Shown in pieces: positions 9,386-19,335 of a DNA stretch of 64,000 nucleotides; positions within the stretch are counted from its first letter, which is position 1; every line of letters begins with the position of its first letter. Made by a program: the position numbers and the translations under genes. Source of the DNA: Candidatus Methanomethylicaceae archaeon (GTDB lineage Archaea > Thermoproteota > Methanomethylicia > Methanomethylicales > Methanomethylicaceae). Where the stretch lies: assembly GCA_026414165.1 (NCBI GenBank), contig JAOAJN010000001.1, positions 137,066 through 201,065 on the forward strand, read 5' to 3'. Under the pieces are notes generated by a model. The model saw nothing but the letters and a program-made list of their open reading frames with translations. It was not told the origin of the DNA and ran no database searches.

Positions 9386-9562
9386 ATGACCCTCTCCGAC
9401 TCTCTACGCTCAATGGTAAAGGTTCTAAAGCTCTCCAGGAAACCTGATATGGACGAGTTCAAACTATCGCTCAGAATCTGCCTCTTGGGAATGATCGGAG
9501 TCGGAATATTTGGATTCATAATACAACTGATATCAACCCTCATAATAGGCTCAAGGGGCTGA
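9386..9562 (+). CDS. secE: protein translocase subunit SecE (Sec61 gamma)
   Basis: Not in the ORF track (58 aa): MTLSDSLRSMVKVLKLSRKPDMDEFKLSLRICLLGMIGVGIFGFIIQLISTLIIGSRG. Single C-terminal TM helix; universal position upstream of spt5/nusG. Confidence 0.75.
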   Translation: MTLSDSLRSMVKVLKLSRKPDMDEFKLSLRICLLGMIGVGIFGFIIQLISTLIIGSRG

Positions 9563-9566
9563 TGCT

Positions 9567-10115
9567 ATGTCTTCCGCACAATCCACCCAATCAAGGATAT
9601 TCGCCATACGCACCACTGCAGGGCAGGAGAAGAATGTTGCGCTGCTGATAGAGCGTCGTTGTATGGCTAAGGAGATACCAGTAAAGGCCATAATATCCCC
9701 GCCAGACGTCAGCGGATATGTCTTTCTCGAGGCAAGCGGTCCAAACGTTGTCAATCTAGCAATTGAAGAAATCAAACATGTGAAAGGATGGGTTGCAGGA
9801 AAGGTCGAGTTCGAAGACATAATGCGCTTCATAATGCCAAAGCCCGTTGCTGAAGTCATCGAGGTAAACGACAAGGTAGAGATCGTCTCCGGACCCTTCA
9901 AGGGCATGCAAGCGAAGGTCACTAGGGTCGATCGGGCAAAATCAGAGGTCACCCTCGAGCTCTTAGAGGCCCCATACACCCTCCCCATAACAATCCACGC
10001 TGAACAAATCAAGGTAATATCCCATGCTGAGGCACCAAAGTCCGAAGCGAAGGGGTCGGAGAAGGAGCAAAAGACTGACATCTTTGAAGCCTTTTCCAAA
10101 CTAGAGGAGGAGTAA
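9567..10115 (+). CDS. spt5: transcription elongation factor Spt5 (NusG)
   Basis: NGN domain IFAIRTTAGQEKNVA plus KOW KVEIVSGPFKGMQAKVTRV. It has a ~30 aa acidic/Lys-rich C-terminal tail. Confidence 0.9.
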   Translation: MSSAQSTQSRIFAIRTTAGQEKNVALLIERRCMAKEIPVKAIISPPDVSGYVFLEASGPNVVNLAIEEIKHVKGWVAGKVEFEDIMRFIMPKPVAEVIEVNDKVEIVSGPFKGMQAKVTRVDRAKSEVTLELLEAPYTLPITIHAEQIKVISHAEAPKSEAKGSEKEQKTDIFEAFSKLEEE

Positions 10116-10117
10116 GA

Positions 10118-10615
10118 TTGGGAACTAAGAAGACCTTCAACTTCTTGGTAGATGGTGGAAAGGCTACCGGCGGACCACCAATAGGTCCATCTTTAGGTCC
10201 TATTGGTCTCAACATCCTTCAGGTAGTCAACACCATAAATGAAAGGACCAAGGAGTTTGAAGGAATGAAAGTTCCGGTAAAGGTAATCGCCGACCCAGAT
10301 ACCAAGGAATTTGAGGTCGAGGTCGGTGTACCCACCACCACCGCCTTGATAGTAAAGGAGCTAAAGTTGCAGAAATGCTCCAGCAACGCCAAGGCGGAGA
10401 AAGTGGGAGACCTCAGTATAGAAGCCGCAATCAAAATTGCCAAGACCCGTTATCCTCTCTCTGTCGCAAAGACTTTGAAGTCATGCCTCAAAGAAGTTCT
10501 TGGTACCTGTGTGAGCATCGGCGTTACCGTAGCCGGTAAGGATCCACGAGAAGTCCAAAAAGAGGTCGACTCAGGAGTCTACGACGACCTCATAAATAAA
10601 ATGGAGGCACAGTGA
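10118..10615 (+). CDS. rpl11: 50S ribosomal protein uL11
   Basis: GGKATGGPPIGPSLGPIGLN. TTG start after a GGAGGAG SD. Confidence 0.9.
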   Translation: MGTKKTFNFLVDGGKATGGPPIGPSLGPIGLNILQVVNTINERTKEFEGMKVPVKVIADPDTKEFEVEVGVPTTTALIVKELKLQKCSSNAKAEKVGDLSIEAAIKIAKTRYPLSVAKTLKSCLKEVLGTCVSIGVTVAGKDPREVQKEVDSGVYDDLINKMEAQ

Positions 10616-10616
10616 T

Positions 10617-11261
10617 ATGCAATTTGACCTTCAAAAAATCACTTCTGCAGTCGAGGATGCCAAAAAGAACTCCAAGAAGCGTAACTTTGTGCAGGCCGTC
10701 GAACTCTTTGTCAACTTTAAAGGTCTCGACGTTAAGGCGCCAGAGAACAGGATAAATGAGGTCGTGTCACTTCCGCACCCAATTGGTAAGGATATAAAGG
10801 TCTGCATCATTGCCGACGGAGACCTCGTGACCAAGGCAAAGCAAGCAGGTGCTGATCTTGTGCTAACAAAGCAGGATTTAGATCAGTATACTGGAAACAA
10901 AAAAGCCGTGAAGAAACTAGCCGAGACTTATGAGTTCTTCGCTGCTAGAACTGACCTGATGGCTACGGTCGGTAAGATCCTCGGTCCGGTGCTCGGTCCA
11001 AGGGGAAAGATGCCCGATCCAGTGCCACCCACAGCAAACATTGACCCTCTCATTAAGAAGTACCGAAATTCCGTCAGGATAAGGATTCGTGACCAACCTA
11101 CAATAAGATGCAGAATAGGCTCAGAGGACATGGACTCAAAGAGCATCGCTGAAAACATAATGGCAGTACTTAACGCCATAGAACGGAGAATAAAGCTCGA
11201 TCAGTTCCTCTCTTCCATTGTTATCAAGACCACTATGGGTAAGCCCGTGAAACTTAGATGA
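10617..11261 (+). CDS. rpl1: 50S ribosomal protein uL1
   Basis: 214 aa, L1-like sequence (RNFVQAVELFVNFKGLD, GPRGKMP). Position between uL11 and uL10. Confidence 0.9.
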   Translation: MQFDLQKITSAVEDAKKNSKKRNFVQAVELFVNFKGLDVKAPENRINEVVSLPHPIGKDIKVCIIADGDLVTKAKQAGADLVLTKQDLDQYTGNKKAVKKLAETYEFFAARTDLMATVGKILGPVLGPRGKMPDPVPPTANIDPLIKKYRNSVRIRIRDQPTIRCRIGSEDMDSKSIAENIMAVLNAIERRIKLDQFLSSIVIKTTMGKPVKLR

Positions 11262-11262
11262 G

Positions 11263-12144
11263 GTGATTCGCTTGCCAAGAAAGACACTCGAGAAAAAGAA
11301 GGCTGCTGTTGAGAAGCTAGAGACTCTTCTCAAGAAGTACTCGGTCTTTGCCATAGCCGACCTTCGGGCCCTTAAGGCCAACCAACTTCAGGTTCTCAGG
11401 AAGAAATTCAAGGACGATCTGGAAATATGTGTGGCAAAAAACACTCTCATCAAGAGGGCTCTGCGAAACCTAGGCGAGAAATTCCAAAACCTTGAAGATC
11501 TAGACAAGTATCTGACTGGACAGAACGCCCTTATACTTTCAAACAAGAATCCGTTCTCACTATACTTGATGTTTGAGAAGAACAAGGTCCCGTCGTCAGC
11601 CTCTCCAGGCGACATAGCGCCTACTGATATCGTTGTAAGCGCAGGAAATACTGGTCTTCAACCAGGTCCGATTCTCAGCAAGTTCGGGGCTGCTAAGATC
11701 CCCACCAAGATCCAGGACGGCTCTGTATGGATTGCGAAGGACACAGTAGTGGTCAAGAAGGACGAGGTCATCTCTGCAGACCTTGCAGATCTCCTAAATA
11801 AGCTCGGTCTCAAGCCTATAATGGTTGGCATTAAGCTCAAGATGGCCTACGACGGAGTCGTTATACCAGGGGATCTCCTGTCCATAGACCTCGAGAGATA
11901 CAGGTCCGATATCACAACTGCCGTACAATACGCCTTGAACCTATCCTTGAACACGGCATACCCGACCAAGGAGACGGTTCCGTTACTCCTTGCGAAGGCC
12001 TATAACAACGCCAAGACGCTTGCCGTTCGTGCAGGCATACCTCTACCCGAGACTATACGCGAGGTCCTTTCGCTGGCAGAGTTACAGAGCAGAGCTCTAG
12101 CAGACGCCATCTCTAAGAAGCATCCAGACCTCTCCATAAACTAG
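11263..12144 (+). CDS. rpl10: 50S ribosomal protein uL10 (acidic ribosomal protein P0)
   Basis: 293 aa, stalk-base protein sequence. GTG start 1 nt after the uL1 stop. Confidence 0.9.
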   Translation: MIRLPRKTLEKKKAAVEKLETLLKKYSVFAIADLRALKANQLQVLRKKFKDDLEICVAKNTLIKRALRNLGEKFQNLEDLDKYLTGQNALILSNKNPFSLYLMFEKNKVPSSASPGDIAPTDIVVSAGNTGLQPGPILSKFGAAKIPTKIQDGSVWIAKDTVVVKKDEVISADLADLLNKLGLKPIMVGIKLKMAYDGVVIPGDLLSIDLERYRSDITTAVQYALNLSLNTAYPTKETVPLLLAKAYNNAKTLAVRAGIPLPETIREVLSLAELQSRALADAISKKHPDLSIN

Positions 12145-12187
12145 GAGGCGAAGAATTTAAGTATAAAAGTTTCCTATAAAAAACGCC

Positions 12188-12520
12188 TTGTTGGGGGTGA
12201 TTAAAATCGAGTATATTTACGCTGGTCTGCTCCTTCACAACGCTAAGCAGCCGATAAACGAGGAGAACCTCACTAAGGTTCTTTCGGCATCTGGGATAAA
12301 CGTTGATGCTGCTAGGGTTAAGGCACTTGTGGCAGCGCTCAGCGAGGTGAACATAGACGAAGTTATAAAGTCTGCAGCCGTACCGATGGTAGCGGCCCCC
12401 GCCGCGGCAGCACCCCAGCCTGCCCCTGCAGCAGAAGCTAAGGAAGAGAAGAAGGAAGAGAAGAAGGAAGCGGCAGCAGAAGAAGAGACCGTGGAAGGGC
12501 TTGGCGCCCTCTTCGGCTAA
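12188..12520 (+). CDS. rpl12: 50S ribosomal stalk protein P1 (aP1/L12)
   Basis: [26 protein letters not shown]-domain, Ala/Pro hinge and stalk tail [25 protein letters not shown]. The start is uncertain: TTG 12188, GTG 12197 or ATC 12206 (see finding). Confidence 0.85.
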   Translation: MLGVIKIEYIYAGLLLHNAKQPINEENLTKVLSASGINVDAARVKALVAALSEVNIDEVIKSAAVPMVAAPAAAAPQPAPAAEAKEEKKEEKKEAAAEEETVEGLGALFG

Positions 12521-12649
12521 TTGGGGATGGGTTTATATTCAAAAACCCTCCCTTTGCCAAATTTTCTATGCAAAGGTTTATCCCATAGCTTTATAGCTTT
12601 TTTAAACGATCTTTCAAAACCAAAACATTTGTTTATGGGATGATTTGAC

Positions 12650-15412
12650 TTGATAGCTGGACCCGAAGCCTACCGCCTCAAATTCTTCTTGGACAACGGC
12701 TTTACAAGGAAGCAATGCAAAATGTGCAAAAGGAACTTTTGGACACTAGACCCTGAACGCGAACTTTGTGGGGACTCGCCCTGTGTCCCCTACTCCTTCA
12801 TAAACAACCCTCCAACAAAGAGGTCCTTTAACATAAAGGAGATGCGCGAGGCATTTCTCTCCTTCTTCGAGAAGAGAGGTCACACAAGGGTTAGGCGGTA
12901 TCCTGTTGTCGCTAGATGGCGAGACGACATATTCCTCACAATAGCCTCAATAGCCTGCTTCCAGCCCCACGTGACGAGTGGAGAGGTCCCCCCTCCATTC
13001 AACCCCCTCACAATATCCCAGCCTTGCATAAGAATGAATGACCTGGACAATGTAGGGAAGACGGGAGGGCGGCACCTCACCATATTCGAGATGATGGCAC
13101 ACCACGCATTTTCATCCAAGGAGAATGAAGTTTACTGGAAGGAAGACACGGTCTCATATCACCACGAGTTTCTCACAAAAGACCTAGGGATCCCTGGAGA
13201 CGAGATTGCTTACATTGAACACTGGTGGGAGGGCGGAGGCGACGCGGGTCCGGATCTTGAGGGCATCGTCCGGGGTCTTGAGCTCTCGACCCTCGTATTT
13301 ATGCAATACAGAAAAATTAATGGCGCATACCGCGAACTCCCCCTAAGGATTGTTGATACCGGCTATGGGCTGGAACGCTTTGCCTGGATCTCGCAAGGAA
13401 CGCCCACCGCCTTTGAGACCATATACGGGCGCCTTTTCGAGGACTTGCTGAAGATCTCTGGCATCGAAAGACCAGATCCAAAGGTCCTTGCCGAGGCTAC
13501 GAAGTTCGCTGGCATGATGAACATAGTTGATGAGGGCTCCATAAGGGCTGCCAGGGAACGTGTCGCCTCAACATTGGGGATGGACCCTGCCTCCTTGGAC
13601 TCGCAACTGAAGCCCTTTGAGATCTTAATGGCAATTCTTGATCACACGAAGACCCTTGCCTTCATGCTAGGCGATGGCATCGTTCCATCGAATGTTCAGG
13701 CCGGATACCTTGCCCGCCTAATGATAAGAAGGGTCAAGCGCATGATGGACTATGCTCAGATATCTAAACCACTCTCAGAGCTCTTGGCCATGCAGGTCAG
13801 CTACTGGGGCGACCAATTCCCTGAGTTGATTGAAAACCTAGACTATATCGTGCGAGTCGCAGACCTTGAGGTCGCACGCTACACCAAGACGATCGATCAG
13901 GGCAAGAGCCTAATCTTACGCATCATAAAAGATCCTGAGATAAAGAGGCGCGGAGCCCTCCCTCTAAACCAATTAATCCAGCTCTACGACTCCCACGGAT
14001 TACCTCCCGAGATCGTAAAGGCAGTCTCCGAACCTCACGGGATAAAAGTCGATATCCCCGACACCTTCGACACCATGGTAGCCGAGCTGCACTCCTCGTC
14101 ACAATCTTCCAAGAAGGAGGATGAAGACATTCTCCAGGATCTACCCCCGTTGCCCCAAACAGAGCTTGTATATTACTATGAGCCAAAGACGAAGCGACTC
14201 AAAGCAAAGGTGCTTTACTCAGACAGAACGCGCGTAATCTTGGACAGGACAATTTTTTACCCTGAGGGTGGTGGGCAACTCAGCGATACTGGATCTCTTA
14301 CCGTAGACGGTAGGCAGATCAGAGTAATCAACGTTCAAAAATCCCGGGGAATTGTCGTTCACTTTGTTGAAGAGATTGCGCCCATAAAAGAGGGCACCTA
14401 CGTGGAGTGTTTGGTGGACTGGGAAAGGCGGGTCGCCTTGATGAGGCACCACTCCTCAACCCATATTCTACTTGGAGCCGCGAGAAGAGTGCTTGGTGAA
14501 CATGTTTGGCAAGAAGGCGCACAGAAAAGCGTCGAGAAGAGCCGTCTCGACATATCTCACTTTGAAAAGATCTCCCCATCACAGCTTAGGGAAATTGAGG
14601 TTCTTGCCAACAAAGTCGTCCAAGAGTGCAGACCGATCAGGGCATATTTCGAGGATCGCAACAAGGCAGAACAGAGGTTCGGAATGCGTCTCTACCAGGG
14701 TGGTGTGGTTCAAGGTCCAACGATTCGCGTTGTAGAAGTTGAAGATTGGGACGCCGAGGCGTGTGGAGGGATACACTGCTCCAACACTGGAGAGATCGGC
14801 CTTATCAAGATAATTCGATCGGAGCGTATACAGGACGGTGTGGAGAGGATAGAGTTCGTTTCAGGCGAGCAAGCCATACGCTTCATTCACTCGCAGGAGC
14901 TCACCTTGCAAGAGATCTCGAGGATCCTTAACACGCCTGCGGAGCGGGTAGAGAAAGCAACTGCCAAGTTGATGGAGGAATTCTCAACCTCTAAGAGACA
15001 AATAGAGCGCCTGAGAAAGATACTTGCGCAAAGGGTATCGACAGAGCTCTCTCTAAGATCTGAGAAGATCGGAGGGATCACGCTTGTTAAGGGCACCCTC
15101 GAGGACCTTTCTAACGAGGACCTGATCCCCATAGCCTCTCAGATTGTGGAGAGAGACCATAATGCATTGGCCATCTTGGTATCGAAGGTAGATGGCAGCG
15201 TAGTATGTATGGCTGGGGAAGGTGCTACTGGAAGGGGTTTGAACGCCGGAAAAATCACAGAGGTCTTTACGAGGTCCATGGGAGGCAGGGGCGGGGGCAA
15301 ATCAGATGTAGGACAAGGAAGGGTCCCTCTGGAAACTCTTGATCGCTTTGAACAATCCATTCAATCCATAAAAAACATAATAGAAGGTCTGAACAAAAAT
15401 AAGAGTCAATAA
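12650..15412 (+). CDS. alaS: alanine--tRNA ligase
   Basis: 920 aa. Archaeal AlaRS N-terminus (FTRKQCKMCKRNFWT), RHHSSTHILL and WDAEACGGIHC motifs. Confidence 0.95.
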   Translation: MIAGPEAYRLKFFLDNGFTRKQCKMCKRNFWTLDPERELCGDSPCVPYSFINNPPTKRSFNIKEMREAFLSFFEKRGHTRVRRYPVVARWRDDIFLTIASIACFQPHVTSGEVPPPFNPLTISQPCIRMNDLDNVGKTGGRHLTIFEMMAHHAFSSKENEVYWKEDTVSYHHEFLTKDLGIPGDEIAYIEHWWEGGGDAGPDLEGIVRGLELSTLVFMQYRKINGAYRELPLRIVDTGYGLERFAWISQGTPTAFETIYGRLFEDLLKISGIERPDPKVLAEATKFAGMMNIVDEGSIRAARERVASTLGMDPASLDSQLKPFEILMAILDHTKTLAFMLGDGIVPSNVQAGYLARLMIRRVKRMMDYAQISKPLSELLAMQVSYWGDQFPELIENLDYIVRVADLEVARYTKTIDQGKSLILRIIKDPEIKRRGALPLNQLIQLYDSHGLPPEIVKAVSEPHGIKVDIPDTFDTMVAELHSSSQSSKKEDEDILQDLPPLPQTELVYYYEPKTKRLKAKVLYSDRTRVILDRTIFYPEGGGQLSDTGSLTVDGRQIRVINVQKSRGIVVHFVEEIAPIKEGTYVECLVDWERRVALMRHHSSTHILLGAARRVLGEHVWQEGAQKSVEKSRLDISHFEKISPSQLREIEVLANKVVQECRPIRAYFEDRNKAEQRFGMRLYQGGVVQGPTIRVVEVEDWDAEACGGIHCSNTGEIGLIKIIRSERIQDGVERIEFVSGEQAIRFIHSQELTLQEISRILNTPAERVEKATAKLMEEFSTSKRQIERLRKILAQRVSTELSLRSEKIGGITLVKGTLEDLSNEDLIPIASQIVERDHNALAILVSKVDGSVVCMAGEGATGRGLNAGKITEVFTRSMGGRGGGKSDVGQGRVPLETLDRFEQSIQSIKNIIEGLNKNKSQ

Positions 15413-15420
15413 TTCGTTGG

Positions 15421-18333
15421 GTGGTCACATTGTCCTCTAATCTTGACTTCGACTTCCAGAAAGTTGAGGAGAAATGGCAGAGACGATGGAGCGAGTCTCG
15501 AATATTTGAGGCGGATCCCGAAGAGGCCCGCCCGAAATTCTACGTGACAGTTGCATACCCTTATCCCAATATGCCCCAGCATATTGGTCATGCAAGGACC
15601 TACACCCTTGCAGATGTTTATGCCCGATATAAGAGGATGCAAGGTTACAACACCTTGCTTCCTATGGCATTTCACTATACCGGAACTCCCATACTCGCCC
15701 AGAGCAAGAGAATACAGTCGAATGATAAGGAGCTCATAGAGCAGTTCAAAAGCGTCGGAGTCTCAGAAGACGTAATTAAGACATTCGACTCCCCTCTGAA
15801 TATCGCAAGATACTTCCATAACGACCTAAAACTCGGAATGATCGAAATGGGGTATTCAATAGACTGGAGGAGAGAGTTCACTACCATCGACCCAGCTTAC
15901 AGCAAGTTCATAGAGTGGCAATTCTACAAACTGAAGTCCAAAGATTACATTACCAAGGGCACACATCCCATCGGATGGTGCCCATCATGCCGAAATCCAG
16001 TCGGGCAGCACGACACCAAGGGCGACGCTGAACCAGAGGTTGGCGAATTTGTAGCCATAAAATTCATTATGGACGGATATTACCTGCCCGCTGCCACGCT
16101 AAGGCCAGAGACCATATTCGGCGTCACAAACATTTGGATCAACCCAAGGTCTGACTACGTGGAAGTCGAAGTCGGTAGAGAGAAGCTGATTCTCAGCAAA
16201 CCTGCTGCAAAAAAGTTCTCCGAGCAACAATCTGGCGTTACTACTATCAGAGAACTGAAGGGCTCGTCACTCGTTGGAAAATACGCAGTCAACCCCGTAA
16301 CTGGCGAGCGAATACCTTTACTTCCTGCCGACTTTGTTGACCCGGAGAACGCGACTGGAGTGGTCATGTCAGTTCCAGCACACGCACCTTACGACCTTTT
16401 GGCTATAATGGATCTTCAAAAACATCCAGAACGCCTCAAAGAATACGGTCTTGATATTGGGGTCATATCGTCGCTCAAGCCTATACCTGTGGTGAGGTCT
16501 CCTGGCCTCCCAGAGATCCCTACACTTGATCTTGTCCAAAGGCTTGGCTTACGAGATCAACTCGACCCTAAGGCAGAGGAGGCAACAAAAGAACTTTACC
16601 AGCGGGAATTCCACAATGGAGAGATGCGGGCGGAGACCGGCAAATATGCTGGTATGCCTGTAAGCAAGGCCAAGGAGGAGATAAAGAACGACCTGATTAG
16701 TTCCTCCAAAGCACTCAAGTTCTATGATATAATTAACGGACCCATATATTGCCGCTGCGGATCCAAAGTCACCGTCAACCTAATGAGCGACCAATGGTTC
16801 ATAAACTACGGCGATCCGCGCTGGAAGTCTACCGTCAAAGACCACTTGAGCAAGATGTCCCTACTCCCAGAGGAGCTAAGGGAAGAGTTTGAGAATGTAG
16901 TTGACTGGCTCAAGGAGAAGGCATGCGCCAGAAGGGCCGGTCTGGGCACTCCGCTCCCTTGGGACAAAGACTGGATCATTGAGAGCCTCTCCGACTCCAC
17001 AATCTACATGGCATTCTACACAATAGCAAAGACGCTAAATGAGGCAAAGATCGATCCTTCGCTCCTGACACCTGAAGTTTTCGATTACATCTTCCTCGGT
17101 CAGGGCGATCCGTCATCCCTTGGAGTTACTAGGGATCTCTTGGAGAAGATGCGAAAAGAATTCCTCTACTTTTACCCTCTTGATAGCAGGCACTCAGGCA
17201 GGGATCTTGTTCCTAACCACCTAACATTCTTCATATTCAACCATGTCGCCATATTCCCTCCCCAGTTATGGCCTAGGCAAATAGTTGTCAACGGCAGCGT
17301 ACTCATGGAAGGCAAGAAGATGTCAAAGTCTTTGGGCAACATTATCCCCCTCAGGAAGGCGATAAGGATGTACGGAGCCGACACGCTTAGAGTCTCAATT
17401 CTTTCCGCCTCTGAGCTACTACAGGACGCTGACTTCAGCGACTCTTTAGCAAGGACTACGAAAGTCAAGCTCCAAGAATTTTACAAATTCTCATTGAGAT
17501 ACTGTAACACTCCTCCCCTCAGTGGCGAAGAATTCGACTCGCTTGACAAATGGCTCCTGAGCAGGACCCAACGCATTATAGAGCAGACGACATATTCGAT
17601 GGAGAACCTCAGGGTTAGGGAGGCAATACACTCATCGTTCTTCATTCTTCAGCAGGACATAATGTGGTATCTCAGGAGAAAGGGATCGCAAGCAAACGAT
17701 GAGCGGACCAGAAGCGTCGTAAGATATTCCTTAGAGACCATAATCAAATTGATGGCTCCTTTCTCACCCCACATCTGCGAGGAGCTCTGGGAAAAATTTG
17801 GTCACAAGGGCTTCATATCTGTCGAGAAATGGCCGGAAGTACAGCCCTCCCTAATAGACGAGCGCTCAGAACTCTCCGAGGAGTTAATCAAGAGCATAAT
17901 AGAGGATACTTCTGAGATAATCAAGGTCACTGGGATCGCCCCCTCTAAGATCTACTACTACACGTCTCCAAAGTGGAAGTGGGAGATTTACCTCACACTT
18001 TTAGAGCTACTTGAGAGTGGTGTAGACCCTAAATCTCTATTGAGAGAGGCAATGAAAAACCCAGCAATTAGATCTAAGGGAGGAATTGCGACAAAATTCA
18101 TAAATGCTGTATCTACGAGCATTGTAACAATGCCCAAAGATCAGAGAAAGAAGGTGCTTTCTGTTGGCATTTTGGATGAGTCGGATATCTTGAGTAAAAA
18201 CCTACAGTTCCTCTCGGAGTACTTCAAGAGTCCAGTGGAGTTAGTCTCTGGAGAGGCACCACACTATGATCCTAAGAGGAAAGCTGACCAAGCCATGCCT
18301 ATGAGACCTGCCATATACATTGAGGGCTCTTGA
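15421..18333 (+). CDS. leuS: leucine--tRNA ligase
   Basis: 970 aa. HIGH-type motif PQHIGHARTY and KMSKS. Confidence 0.95.
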   Translation: MVTLSSNLDFDFQKVEEKWQRRWSESRIFEADPEEARPKFYVTVAYPYPNMPQHIGHARTYTLADVYARYKRMQGYNTLLPMAFHYTGTPILAQSKRIQSNDKELIEQFKSVGVSEDVIKTFDSPLNIARYFHNDLKLGMIEMGYSIDWRREFTTIDPAYSKFIEWQFYKLKSKDYITKGTHPIGWCPSCRNPVGQHDTKGDAEPEVGEFVAIKFIMDGYYLPAATLRPETIFGVTNIWINPRSDYVEVEVGREKLILSKPAAKKFSEQQSGVTTIRELKGSSLVGKYAVNPVTGERIPLLPADFVDPENATGVVMSVPAHAPYDLLAIMDLQKHPERLKEYGLDIGVISSLKPIPVVRSPGLPEIPTLDLVQRLGLRDQLDPKAEEATKELYQREFHNGEMRAETGKYAGMPVSKAKEEIKNDLISSSKALKFYDIINGPIYCRCGSKVTVNLMSDQWFINYGDPRWKSTVKDHLSKMSLLPEELREEFENVVDWLKEKACARRAGLGTPLPWDKDWIIESLSDSTIYMAFYTIAKTLNEAKIDPSLLTPEVFDYIFLGQGDPSSLGVTRDLLEKMRKEFLYFYPLDSRHSGRDLVPNHLTFFIFNHVAIFPPQLWPRQIVVNGSVLMEGKKMSKSLGNIIPLRKAIRMYGADTLRVSILSASELLQDADFSDSLARTTKVKLQEFYKFSLRYCNTPPLSGEEFDSLDKWLLSRTQRIIEQTTYSMENLRVREAIHSSFFILQQDIMWYLRRKGSQANDERTRSVVRYSLETIIKLMAPFSPHICEELWEKFGHKGFISVEKWPEVQPSLIDERSELSEELIKSIIEDTSEIIKVTGIAPSKIYYYTSPKWKWEIYLTLLELLESGVDPKSLLREAMKNPAIRSKGGIATKFINAVSTSIVTMPKDQRKKVLSVGILDESDILSKNLQFLSEYFKSPVELVSGEAPHYDPKRKADQAMPMRPAIYIEGS

Positions 18334-18986
18334 TGACCTTCCTAAAAAGAGAGGCTGTTGAGGATCTGCGTTATCTGCTCAACAGGGGGTACCCTCGACC
18401 CTCTGCGGTGAAGTTTGTTGGTGACAGGTATGTTCTTGACAGATCTCAGCGCCTGCTTCTTTACAGAGGGGTTTTTCCCGACGATGTTGCGAAAATGCGT
18501 CGTACCAAACTCGTGGGATCTGAAAGGGTCATCGGGTCTCGACTATCGATAGATGGATTTAATGTCCTATGGACAGTATCAAGCGCCATGAAAGGCGACC
18601 CTGTTTACCAGTGCGACGACGGTTTGATCAGGGACCTCTCAGGGATCCATGGCTCAGTGGATGGTAGAGAGGTAATGGAACCTTTAGAGATTATCGTTTC
18701 AACAGTTGCCTACCTTAGACCAAAGGAGGTTATTTTCTTCTTTGACAAATCCATAAGTAGGAGTGGCGAGATAGCAGGGACTGTTCGTAAATTACTCTCG
18801 CATTACTGCTTGCTGGGGAGCGCTATAACTGTGCCCTCCCCTGACCATGCTTTACTGGGATCTGGAGACATCATAGCAACGAGCGACTCTGTCGTGGCTG
18901 ATAAGGCGACCTTTCTCTTTGATCTGGCCGGCTACATTATAACTACACGCCTCAACGTAAAGCCCTTATCATTGAAGGACCTGTGA
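18333..18986 (+). CDS. conserved hypothetical protein, DUF434-like N-terminus plus NYN/PIN-like nuclease-type C-terminal half (putative)
   Basis: ATG 18333 overlaps the leuS TGA by 1 nt (TGATG). The pattern SIDGFNVLW ... VIFFFDKS ... IIATSDSVV resembles the DG(F/Y)N / FD / TSD signature of NYN/YacP-like RNases. The family name comes from memory only. Confidence 0.5.
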   Translation: MTFLKREAVEDLRYLLNRGYPRPSAVKFVGDRYVLDRSQRLLLYRGVFPDDVAKMRRTKLVGSERVIGSRLSIDGFNVLWTVSSAMKGDPVYQCDDGLIRDLSGIHGSVDGREVMEPLEIIVSTVAYLRPKEVIFFFDKSISRSGEIAGTVRKLLSHYCLLGSAITVPSPDHALLGSGDIIATSDSVVADKATFLFDLAGYIITTRLNVKPLSLKDL

Positions 18987-19206
18987 AAAAAGGAAACCGC
19001 TCCATACATATGATGCGATCATAACGTCACAATTTCTATCAAAATCAATTTGAATATTGGAGACTGGGATTATCTTTGAAAATAAAATATCCAGCGGGGT
19101 GAATGTAGCACAATTGTAAATCACTCAGAATATAAATAACAAATTTTTAGCATGGAATTTTTTCCTCGAAATCCTCAAATATCTGGTTCAAATAATCACC
19201 CATGCT

Positions 19207-19281
19207 GGGCCCGTGGCGCAGACTGGATAGCGCGTCGGCCTCCTAAGTCGATGGTCGAGGGTTCAAATCCCTCCGGGCCCG
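19207..19281 (+). tRNA. tRNA-Arg (anticodon CCT), no intron, CCA not encoded
   Basis: Manual cloverleaf: GGGCCCG-TG-GCGC-AGACTGGATA-GCGC-G-TCGGC-CTCCTAA-GTCGA-TGGTC-GAGGG-TTCAAAT-CCCTC-CGGGCCC-G. 75 nt. Confidence 0.9.
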
Positions 19282-19335
19282 CTCCTTGAATCACACTGCA
19301 TGTCGATCCAATATCTAGGGTCCACAAACTTTTAG

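Noticed and set aside
9551-10099. A 182-aa minus-strand ORF of exactly the same length as spt5.
   Set aside because: It is a shadow ORF fully antisense to a strongly conserved Spt5 gene. It has a Ser/Thr/Ala-rich, low-information composition.
9567-10115. The Spt5 C-terminal ~30-aa acidic/Lys tail as a novel domain.
   Set aside because: It is a short low-complexity tail. Length variation at Spt5 C-termini is common, so it is not distinctive enough.
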